Positions 56,668 through 64,000 of a DNA stretch of 64,000 bases are shown here, in pieces; the stretch's first letter is position 1; every line of letters starts with the position of its first letter. Below the pieces are notes generated by a model. That model searched no databases. It was not told the DNA's origin and was given only the letters and a program-made list of their open reading frames with translations. The position numbers and the translations under genes were made by a program. This stretch comes from Thermoplasmatota archaeon (lineage in GTDB: Archaea > Thermoplasmatota > Thermoplasmata > UBA10834): NCBI GenBank assembly GCA_040751795.1, contig JBFMHR010000001.1, positions 224,001 through 288,000 on the forward strand, read 5' to 3'.

Positions 56668-57578
56668 TTCCGCACCCCCGGCATCTCTATGGCCTCGAAC
56701 TTGCAGGCCTTGAAGCACCTTCCGCAGCCGACGCACTTCTCGAGGACGAACACGGCCCTCTTCTTGGGCTTGCCCTTCTTGCCGTCCTTGAGCACCTTCT
56801 CGGTCCCCGGCATCTCGAGCATGTATATGGCGTCCGCGGGGCACGCGCGCGCGCAAGCGCCGCAGCCCGTGCAGCTGTCGAGGACGAGCTTCGGCTCGGG
56901 CATCTCGAAGTAGGACTCGTACACCTCGACCATGGTGAGCGCCTTCTCGGGGCAGGCCGCGGCGCACTTGCCGTGCGAGTTGCACTTGGAGAGGTTGATC
57001 TCGGGCTTCTTCTTGCCCACCTTCTCGATGGGCATCATGGCGATGCACATCTCGGGGCACTCCCCGGCGCACTTCTCGCAGCCCGTGCACTTGGACATGT
57101 CCAGCATCGGCAGGAGCCGCTTCCTCCTCTCCTCCTTGAACGTGGCGGCGAAGGCGTCGTCCCTGATGGCCTGCGGGCCGAGCCTGAACGCCTCGCGGTC
57201 CCTCCCCGCGAGCTCGAACTCGGTCGTCATGTGCAGGGCGCACGTCGGGCACACCTCGGCGCAGAAGCCGCAGAAGAGGCACCGCCCGAGGTCGACGCCC
57301 GGCCGCTCTATCTTGCCGAGCTCAGGGTCCTCGACCTTCTCGAGCCACATGCAGTCGTTGGGGCATATGGCGACGCAGTTCCCGCAGCCGATGCACTTCT
57401 TGAAGTCGAGCGTGTGCTTGCCGCGGTAGACCTGCGGGAGCACCAGCTTCTGGTGTGGGTAGAGGACCGTGTTGGGCTTGCCCAGGATGAGGGAGCGCAC
57501 GAGCTGCTTCCCCGTCCTCATCATCGGCCTGACGACGTACCCTATGAAGCTGACCTTGCCCCTCTCGGCCTCCGCCAT
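56664..57578 (-). CDS. nuoI: Complex I-like subunit I with polyferredoxin extension (six ferredoxin-type motifs)
   Basis: NuoI core (TVLYP...YRGKH, CIGCGNCVAICP, CLFCGFCAEVCP) plus CTGCEKCAGECP, CNSHGKCAAACP, CTGCGACARACP, CVGCGRCFKACK. Confidence 0.92.
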   Translation of the reverse strand: MAEAERGKVSFIGYVVRPMMRTGKQLVRSLILGKPNTVLYPHQKLVLPQVYRGKHTLDFKKCIGCGNCVAICPNDCMWLEKVEDPELGKIERPGVDLGRCLFCGFCAEVCPTCALHMTTEFELAGRDREAFRLGPQAIRDDAFAATFKEERRKRLLPMLDMSKCTGCEKCAGECPEMCIAMMPIEKVGKKKPEINLSKCNSHGKCAAACPEKALTMVEVYESYFEMPEPKLVLDSCTGCGACARACPADAIYMLEMPGTEKVLKDGKKGKPKKRAVFVLEKCVGCGRCFKACKFEAIEMPGVRK

Positions 57579-58706
57579 TCAGAACCACCCCATGGTCTTC
57601 ATCGCGGCGGCGATGAGCAGGTTCACCATCGCGAGCGGGAGGAGCCTCTTCCACCCCAGGTTCAGGATCTGGTCCACCCTGACCCTCGGCAGGGACCACC
57701 TCATCCACTCTATTACAACGAAGACGCAGTATGCCTTGATCAGGAACCATATCTCCCCCGGGACCGGGTCGGGGCCGTTCCACCCGCCCAGGAACAGGGC
57801 GGTCGCCAGGGCGCCTCCCGCGTACCCCCTCAGGTAGGAGGTCATCATGAAGAAGCCGAAGCGCATGCCGCAGTACTCGGTCGTCCACCCCTCGACCAGC
57901 TCTGCCTCGGCCTCGGGCAGGTCGAAGGGCGTGACCTCGACCTCGGCGGCCATGCACACGAGGAAGACGATGAAACCGATGAACAGGGGGATGGCGTACC
58001 AGACGTCCTCCTGCCCCTCGACGACGCCGACGAACCCGAAGTCGCCCGACAGGAGGAAGACGCTCGCGACGGCCAGGAGGAGCGGTATCTCGTAGCTCAT
58101 CATCTGGGCCGCGGACCGCATCCCGCCGATGAGGGTGTACTTGTTGTTCGAGGACCAGCCCGCCAGGAGTATGGAGAAGGGCGCTATGGCGAAGGCCGCG
58201 AAGGCGAAGAGCGCGCCCGCGGGGACGAGGTCCCCGTCGATGTTGGTCGCTATGCCGAAGTCCGGGCTCAGGGGTATGGTCGCGAGTATGAGGAAGGACG
58301 AGCTGACGAATATGACCGGGGCCAGGATGAAGCCCAGCCGGTCCGCGTCCTTCGGGGTGATGATCTCCTTGACGAACAGCTTCATCCCGTCCGCGATGTT
58401 CTGGAGCCACCCGCCGATCCTGTAGCCGACGTAGTACGGCCCGTAGAAGTCGAATATGCGCCCGCTCAGCTTCCTGTCGAGCCAGATGAAGTTGAGGACG
58501 TTCACTATGGCGACAATCAGGACGACCAGTACCTCGAGGAGGATGGTCATCACCGCTATGTGGCTGTCCGAGGCGGCGAAGTCGCCCACGTCCGTGAAGA
58601 ACCCGCCGAGGCCGCCAGGCAGCAGGTCGCCGAGCCAGTACCACAGGTTGTTGACGAGGTCCACGAGCCAGACGATTATCCCGTTGCAGAACTCGTACAG
58701 GTTCAT
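57579..58706 (-). CDS. nuoH: Complex I-like subunit H
   Basis: ADGMKLFVKE, GWSSNNKY, RSAAQMMSYE, PFDLPEAEAELVEG, PRVRVDQ. Confidence 0.96.
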   Translation of the reverse strand: MNLYEFCNGIIVWLVDLVNNLWYWLGDLLPGGLGGFFTDVGDFAASDSHIAVMTILLEVLVVLIVAIVNVLNFIWLDRKLSGRIFDFYGPYYVGYRIGGWLQNIADGMKLFVKEIITPKDADRLGFILAPVIFVSSSFLILATIPLSPDFGIATNIDGDLVPAGALFAFAAFAIAPFSILLAGWSSNNKYTLIGGMRSAAQMMSYEIPLLLAVASVFLLSGDFGFVGVVEGQEDVWYAIPLFIGFIVFLVCMAAEVEVTPFDLPEAEAELVEGWTTEYCGMRFGFFMMTSYLRGYAGGALATALFLGGWNGPDPVPGEIWFLIKAYCVFVVIEWMRWSLPRVRVDQILNLGWKRLLPLAMVNLLIAAAMKTMGWF

Positions 58707-58710
58707 GGCC

Positions 58711-59802
58711 TCACCTATCGTTCTCCCCGATGCACATGTCGAGGCCGCCCATTATGGCCACGACATCGGCGACCTTGTACCCGACCAGGAACTTGGGCGC
58801 CGCTGAGACGGTCACGAATATCGGGCTGCGGATCTTGAGCCTGTAGGGCCTGTCGGTCCCGTCGCCGACGACGTACATCATGCCCTCGCCCCTGGGGTCC
58901 TCGACCCTGCCCATGCCGGTCCCGGCGGGGGCGTTCCTCGGCGCGACGACCCTGAAGTCCCCCTTGGGCATCCCCTTGACCGCCTGCCGGATGATCCTGC
59001 AGCTCTCCCACATCTCGTCCATCCTGACGCGGTACCGGGCGAAGCAGTCCCCCTCGGGCCTAGTGCACACCTCGAAGCGCATGTCCGGATAGGCCTCGTA
59101 GGGGTTGTCCCTCCTGAGGTCGCACCTGGCGCCGCTCCCCCTGAGGGGCGGGCCGGTGACGCCGAGGTTCATGGCGAGCTCCTTCTTCAGTACGCCCACC
59201 CCCTCGTTCCTCATCATGAATATCTTGGAGCCCTCGTAGATGTCCTCGTACTCCTTCAGCCTCTTCTCCATGTAGTCGCACGCGCGGAGGGCCTCCCTGT
59301 CCCAGTTCGGCGGGAGGTCGTGCGCGACCCCGCCTATGCGCGGGTAGTTGTAGGTCAGCCTCGAGCCGGTGAGGCTCTGGAGCAGGTCGACGAAGACCTC
59401 CCTGTCCCTCATCCCGTAGATGAAGCCCACCATCATCCCCAGGTCGGCCGCGTACGCCGCGAGCCACATCAGGTGGGAGGCGATCCTCTGCATCTCGAGG
59501 ACGGCGACGCGGATGTACTGCGCCCTCGGGGGGACCTCGACGCCCATCAGGTCCTCGACCGTCCTGCAGTACAGGTGGCTCCAGCTCATGGACGAGCCGT
59601 AGCAGAGCCTGTCGGTGATGGGGATGACCTGGGTGTATGTCCTGTTCTCGCAGAGCTTCTCGATGCCCCTGTGGAGGTAGCCCACCTCCGGCTCGGCGTC
59701 GACGATGGTCTCGCCGTCGACCTTTATGCGGAGGTTCCACAGCCCGTGCGTCATCGGGTGCTGCGGGCCCATGTTGATCCACATCTCAGCCGTGCCATTC
59801 AC
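58711..59802 (-). CDS. nuoD: Complex I-like subunit D
   Basis: NMGPQHPMTHG, GYLHRGIEK, PRGE, DMCIGENDR; no NiFe CxxC motifs. Confidence 0.96.
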   Translation of the reverse strand: MNGTAEMWINMGPQHPMTHGLWNLRIKVDGETIVDAEPEVGYLHRGIEKLCENRTYTQVIPITDRLCYGSSMSWSHLYCRTVEDLMGVEVPPRAQYIRVAVLEMQRIASHLMWLAAYAADLGMMVGFIYGMRDREVFVDLLQSLTGSRLTYNYPRIGGVAHDLPPNWDREALRACDYMEKRLKEYEDIYEGSKIFMMRNEGVGVLKKELAMNLGVTGPPLRGSGARCDLRRDNPYEAYPDMRFEVCTRPEGDCFARYRVRMDEMWESCRIIRQAVKGMPKGDFRVVAPRNAPAGTGMGRVEDPRGEGMMYVVGDGTDRPYRLKIRSPIFVTVSAAPKFLVGYKVADVVAIMGGLDMCIGENDR

Positions 59803-60290
59803 CCCCTGAAGTCCTTCCGGAGCGGGTGGTAGAGCGTGTCCTTCAGCATCAGTATGCGCTCCAGCTTCGGATGCCCCTTGAACGTGATGCCCATCAGGTC
59901 ATACGCCTCCCTCTCCTGCCAGTTGGCCCCGCCCCAGATGTCGGAGACGGAGTCGACCGTCGGGTCGTCCTTCGGCGTCGCGGTGATGAGCTCGACCGTG
60001 AGGTTGCCCTGGTAGCTGGAGACGTGGTACACGACCTCGAACCTGTCAGGGTAGTCGACCGCGGAGATCATCGACATGTGCTCGAAGCCGAGGTCGTCCC
60101 TGAGGAGCCTGCAGGCGCGGTAGAGGTCCTCCCTCCTGACGCGCGCGCGCAGGAGGCCTGGCCTGACGCGCTCCGCGTCCGACACCGACGAGGGGAAGCC
60201 CTCCCTGAGCCCCCTGAGGACCCTCTCCTCCGGGTCCCCCCCTATGCGCGTCGGAGCCTTCTCGAGCTCCCCCTGTCCCCCTCCGACCAT
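59799..60290 (-). CDS. nuoC: Complex I-like subunit C
   Basis: SAVDYPDRFEVVYH, ANWQEREAYDLMGITFKGHP, HPLRKDF. Confidence 0.95.
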   Translation of the reverse strand: MVGGGQGELEKAPTRIGGDPEERVLRGLREGFPSSVSDAERVRPGLLRARVRREDLYRACRLLRDDLGFEHMSMISAVDYPDRFEVVYHVSSYQGNLTVELITATPKDDPTVDSVSDIWGGANWQEREAYDLMGITFKGHPKLERILMLKDTLYHPLRKDFRG

Positions 60291-60310
60291 GTCATCTCCC
60301 CCCGGTGCCC

Positions 60311-60880
60311 TCACCTGCCCGTCAGCAGCCCCCGCTTCTCCTCCTTGATCTTCCTCTGCAGCTTCAGGAAGCCGTCGATGAGCGCCTCCGGCCTCGCCGG
60401 GCACCCTGGAATGTATATGTCGACGGGGATGAACTGGTCGACCCCTTTGACGACGTTGTAGCTGTCGTAGAACGGCCCGCCTGACACCGCGCACTCGCCC
60501 ATGGCGATGACCCACTTGGGCGAGGGCATCTGGTCGTAGAGCCTCCTGAGGGCGGGCTGCAGCTTCTTGCTGACCGGCCCGTTCACCAGGAGTATGTCGC
60601 ACTGCCTCGGGGTCGACCTGTATATCACTCCCATCCTCTGCGCGTCGAAGCGCGGGGCCGAGGAGACGGCCATCTCCAGGGCGCAGCACATGATGCCGAA
60701 GTGGAGGGGGTACATCGAGTTCCTGGTCGCCCAGTTGAAGAAGTCCTTGAGGACGTAGTCGAGCGCCCCGCCGACGGGCGAGCGCTTGAGGACGACGCCG
60801 AGGGCCTCGTCCGACCACTCGATGAAGTCCTTCGAGCGGAGCATCATGACCTGGCCCAGGGACTGCCCGTCCCCCTTCAT
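60311..60880 (-). CDS. nuoB: Complex I-like subunit B
   Basis: GIMCCALEM, PKWVIAMGECA, PVDIYIPGCP (N2 cluster ligands). Confidence 0.96.
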   Translation of the reverse strand: MKGDGQSLGQVMMLRSKDFIEWSDEALGVVLKRSPVGGALDYVLKDFFNWATRNSMYPLHFGIMCCALEMAVSSAPRFDAQRMGVIYRSTPRQCDILLVNGPVSKKLQPALRRLYDQMPSPKWVIAMGECAVSGGPFYDSYNVVKGVDQFIPVDIYIPGCPARPEALIDGFLKLQRKIKEEKRGLLTGR

Positions 60881-61236
60881 ATCCAGATTATCTCCTCCTT
60901 CTTCAGGGCGTACACGACGCCGACGAGGAGCACGCCGAGGAACATGAACATGAAGACCTTCGCGAGGTCGCCCAGGCTGTCGAAGGTCAGGGCCCACATG
61001 AGGACGAAGACCGTCACCAGGTCGAAGGCCACGAAGAGGATCGCGTACATGTAGTACTGGAAGTGGAACTGGATCTGCGCCTTGCCTATCGGGACCTCGC
61101 CGCACTCGTAGGTCGTCTCGCCCCTGGGGTCGTGCTTGTCGGGGCGGAAGTACCTCGAGAGCAGGAAAACTAGCGGCGGTATGAGGAGCGCTAGGAGGGC
61201 GAAAATCGCTACCCCCATGTAGTCCTCTGCTAGCAT
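60877..61236 (-). CDS. nuoA: Complex I-like subunit A
   Basis: TYECGE, YYMYAILFVAFD; three TM helices. Confidence 0.95.
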   Translation of the reverse strand: MLAEDYMGVAIFALLALLIPPLVFLLSRYFRPDKHDPRGETTYECGEVPIGKAQIQFHFQYYMYAILFVAFDLVTVFVLMWALTFDSLGDLAKVFMFMFLGVLLVGVVYALKKEEIIWI

Positions 61237-61306
61237 CGCCCTCGGATTCACAACGGAGTATTAAGTCCTTTCAGTGGAAAGAGAGGGCCGCCCGAGCAGG
61301 TCAGTA

Positions 61307-61321
61307 TCGAAGAATCTTCGA
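61307..61321. promoter_or_regulatory. Palindrome upstream of the nuo promoter
   Basis: TCGAAGA-A-TCTTCGA, about 40 bp upstream of the TATA-like CTTAATAC (minus strand, ~61258-61265). Confidence 0.4.
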
Positions 61322-61401
61322 AAAGCGGGGGCAGGGGTCGCAAGGCGTCGGGCCTGGAGAAGACGGATGGGGTTTGGAGGGGTTTGGGCCGCGGGACGGG
61401 C

Positions 61402-61995
61402 CTACTTGTACCGCGTGCCGCACCGGGAGCAGAACGCGGCGTTCGGGTCGAGCATCGTCCCGCAGACTGGGCAGTGCCCGGTCGCCATCGCCTGGGCCGC
61501 CATCGGCGCCTGCATGCCCGGAGCGGGCGGGGCCGGGGCCTTCCGGCCGCCCATGACCACGACCACCACGACTATGACGACCACTGCGACTATGACTATG
61601 GCCGCGATGATGAGCGCCCAGGTCATGAACGATATGGCCTCCTCGGCCTCCGTGAAGGCGCCGGAGACGTCGAACTCGAGGTGCGCGACGGTCAGCCCGG
61701 GGTTCTCCCAGGTCAGGGTGTAGGTGCCGGACATGTACGAGGGCAACCACCCCGTCCCGGAGTAGGCGCCCGTCTGGCTGATGTACTCGGTGCCGTCGGG
61801 GTCAATCAAGGCGAAGTCCAGCGGCACGTCGCTGCTCCACGAGTATTCGGATATATCGAATATCTCGAGCTCCACCTGGATGGAGTACGAGTCGCCGGCC
61901 AATATCGCCCGCTCCTCCGCGGAGACGTTCGCGGAGAGGGCGAGCGCAGACACGATGCACAGCGCGAAGAGCGCCGGGAAGATCCTGGTCCTCAT
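61402..61995 (-). CDS. Single-pass membrane protein: extracellular beta domain, TM helix, Pro/Ala linker, C-terminal zinc ribbon
   Basis: Signal peptide; DFALIDPDG...SGTYTLTWEN; poly-Val TM helix; CPVCG...FCSRCG. Confidence 0.85.
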   Translation of the reverse strand: MRTRIFPALFALCIVSALALSANVSAEERAILAGDSYSIQVELEIFDISEYSWSSDVPLDFALIDPDGTEYISQTGAYSGTGWLPSYMSGTYTLTWENPGLTVAHLEFDVSGAFTEAEEAISFMTWALIIAAIVIVAVVVIVVVVVVMGGRKAPAPPAPGMQAPMAAQAMATGHCPVCGTMLDPNAAFCSRCGTRYK

Positions 61996-62112
61996 GAAGG
62001 TCATCCTCCCGGGCACAATCGCGCTGCACTGGATATTATACTTGCGCGTTGCCGGCGCCCCGTGGCCGTAACTGAAAAGCATTTATGAGGGGCGCGGGGG
62101 TTCCGAGTCAGG

Positions 62113-63819
62113 ATGGCCCGACCGGATCTCGTCCTCCTGCACCCCCCGAGCGTCATGGACTTCAGGGAGAGGGCGATCCTCGCAGGGCCCGTCAGCGACC
62201 TCATCCCGTCGACCCCGGTCTTCGAGATGTACCCCATAGGCTTCACCACGATAGCGTCGCACCTCGAGTCGGAGGGGTACGAGGTCCGCATCGTGAACAT
62301 CGCCAACAAGATGCTCATGTCGGGGAGGTTCGACCCCTCGAGGTTCGTGAAGGGGCTCGACGCGGCCATGTTCGGGATCGACCTCCACTGGATGCCCCAC
62401 GTCCAAGGCGCCCTGGAGCTCGCCAAGGTCGTCAAGGCTCACCACCCCGGCGTGCCCGTAGTGATGGGCGGGTTCAGCGCGTCCTACTACCACAGGGAGC
62501 TGCTCTCCAGGTACCCCCAGGTCGACTTCGTCCTCAGGGGCGACTCGACGGAGCTGCCCACCGAGATGCTCCTCGGGGCGGCCGAGGCCGGCAAGGGCCT
62601 GGGGGAGGTCCCCAACCTCTCCTGGAGGAACGGGGGGAAGGTCAGGGAGAACCCGCTCACCCACGTCCCGGAGACGCTCGACGACATAGTCATCGACTAC
62701 GGGCTGATGGTCCGCAAGGTGCTCAGGTACCGCGACCTCTCGGGCAACATGCCCTACAGGAACTGGAAGGCCAACCCGATGTCGATCGCGGTGGGCGTCA
62801 GGGGGTGCACCCACAACTGCTCCAACTGCGCCGGCTCGTGCGACTCGTTCGCGAGGAACTTCGGGCGGAGCAAGCCGGCGTACAGGTCCCCCGAGCTCCT
62901 GGCCGAGGACATATCCAGGGCGGAGGAGTACATCAAGGGGGCGACCTTCGTCGTGGGCGACTTGCGGCAGGCGGGCAAGGCGTACGCGGACAGGTTCCTC
63001 TCCGAGCTGAAGGCCAGGGGCGTCGGGAACGAGGTCGTGATAGAGCTGTTCACCCCCGCCGGGAAGGAGTTCGCCCAGCAGGTCGCCAGGAGCGTCGACC
63101 GGTTCAGCGTCCAGATGTCCCCGGAGACGCACGACGACGATGTCAGGAAGGCGCAGGACAAGCCCTACACGACCTCCGGCCTCGAGAAGTCCGCGCAGGC
63201 GTTCCTCGACGCGGGCTGCAACAGGTTCGACATGTTCTACATGATAGGGCTGCCCACGCAGACCAGGGAGTCCGTCGAGGGGACGGTCAAGTACACTCGC
63301 ACGCTCTACGAGCGCTTCAAGGGCGGCCGCCTCTTCCCGTTCATAAGCCCGCTGGCGCCGTTCCTGGACCCCGGGGGCAACTCCTTCGAGAGGGCGGACG
63401 AGCTCGGCTACAGGCTCTTCGCGTCCACCGTCGAGGACCACGTCAGGCTCGCCACGATGCCGAGCTGGAAGTACGTGCTCAACTACGAGACCGCGTGGAT
63501 GACCAGGGACGCGATAGTCGAGTCCACGTACTCCGCGGGGCTGGGGCTGAACGCCATCAAGAGGGACATGGGCCTGATAGGCGAGGACGCGGCGGAGAGG
63601 GTCGAGCGCAGGATCCTCGGGGCGTCGGAGATGATGAAGAGGATAGACGGGATGGTCGCGAGGGGGAAGACCACCGACTCGGACCTCGAGCAGCTGAGGG
63701 AAGTGGCATCGAGGCTCAGCGAGTCGACCGTCTGCGAGAAGGAGGAGCTCGACTGGTCCGAGAGCTCCATATACGCGAGCATCCCCCGGATGGTGGGGGC
63801 GCTCCTCCGGGGCAGGTGA
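62113..63819 (+). CDS. B12-binding domain/radical SAM protein (Ta0216/TIGR04190-like)
   Basis: DLVLLHPPSVMDFR, FEMYPIGF, GIDLHW, GGFSAS, RGCTHNCSNC (CxxxCxxC), APFLDPG. Confidence 0.85.
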   Translation: MARPDLVLLHPPSVMDFRERAILAGPVSDLIPSTPVFEMYPIGFTTIASHLESEGYEVRIVNIANKMLMSGRFDPSRFVKGLDAAMFGIDLHWMPHVQGALELAKVVKAHHPGVPVVMGGFSASYYHRELLSRYPQVDFVLRGDSTELPTEMLLGAAEAGKGLGEVPNLSWRNGGKVRENPLTHVPETLDDIVIDYGLMVRKVLRYRDLSGNMPYRNWKANPMSIAVGVRGCTHNCSNCAGSCDSFARNFGRSKPAYRSPELLAEDISRAEEYIKGATFVVGDLRQAGKAYADRFLSELKARGVGNEVVIELFTPAGKEFAQQVARSVDRFSVQMSPETHDDDVRKAQDKPYTTSGLEKSAQAFLDAGCNRFDMFYMIGLPTQTRESVEGTVKYTRTLYERFKGGRLFPFISPLAPFLDPGGNSFERADELGYRLFASTVEDHVRLATMPSWKYVLNYETAWMTRDAIVESTYSAGLGLNAIKRDMGLIGEDAAERVERRILGASEMMKRIDGMVARGKTTDSDLEQLREVASRLSESTVCEKEELDWSESSIYASIPRMVGALLRGR

Positions 63820-63876
63820 GCCGGAGGGCGGCTCAACTTATTTCTCCCCCCTGCCCGATTGCGGTCCGGCGAGGAC

Positions 63877-64000
63877 ATGATACTGGGCGTGTACGGCTAC
63901 CAGGACTCGGGCAAGACGACGATGGTCGAGGCGCTCGTCGCGGCCCTCGTGGAGGACGGCCTCAGGGTCGCGTCGGTGAAGCACTCAGGCCACGCCGACG
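63877..64000 (+). CDS. mobB: Molybdopterin-guanine dinucleotide biosynthesis protein B (partial, runs off the window)
   Basis: MILGVYGYQDSGKTTMVEALV...RVASVKH; GAGG SD. Confidence 0.8.
   Translation, partial: MILGVYGYQDSGKTTMVEALVAALVEDGLRVASVKHSGHAD

Noticed and set aside
57576-57581. nuoH TGA directly followed in frame by the nuoI ATG, as possible selenocysteine readthrough
   Set aside because: Both subunits are full length, TGA is at the normal NuoH end, and this is ordinary tight operon packing.
58711-60880. Group 4 [NiFe] hydrogenase (Ech/Mbh) interpretation of the membrane complex
   Set aside because: The D subunit lacks both CxxC nickel-binding motifs, B has the tandem CC of NuoB, and NuoA/J are present.

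Overview
A GC-rich, gene-dense archaeal chromosomal segment. Thermoplasmatota is inferred from the gene content: CarS, aIF5A, Nop5, Csl4, Nob1, SmAP, XPD, a DUF6015-like protein and a Ta0216-type B12 radical SAM enzyme. About 65 real CDSs and one tRNA-Val(CAC) are supported; most other ORFs in the supplied track are GC-driven shadow frames. Main blocks: xpd-carS-pyrE-udg-clostripain; a glycosylation/nucleotide-sugar locus (GT2s, Ugd-family dehydrogenase, GalU, WbpD/WbpE/WbpB-like enzymes, GT4) interrupted by a surface protein with eight 52-aa repeats; smc-scpA-scpB; PiT/DUF47; agmatinase-aIF5A-Nop5-MtnA; an Opp/Dpp ABC transporter; an RNA-metabolism run headed by a Rab-like small GTPase that is divergent from an orphan coiled-coil gene; a quinone-tailoring cluster (MenA, polyprenyl synthase, MenG/UbiE, GGR) next to a headless complex I (nuoA-D,H-N) whose NuoI carries a polyferredoxin extension. 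No CRISPR, rRNA, transposase or integrase was seen. Best leads: (1) a candidate ferredoxin:menaquinone proton-pumping module with a six-cluster NuoI; (2) the Rab-like GTPase/coiled-coil pair; (3) repeated CTG start codons; (4) an in-frame TAG in a zinc-ribbon membrane gene; (5) a recurring AAACCC motif after envelope-protein genes. All functional calls come from motif recognition by eye, with no database search.
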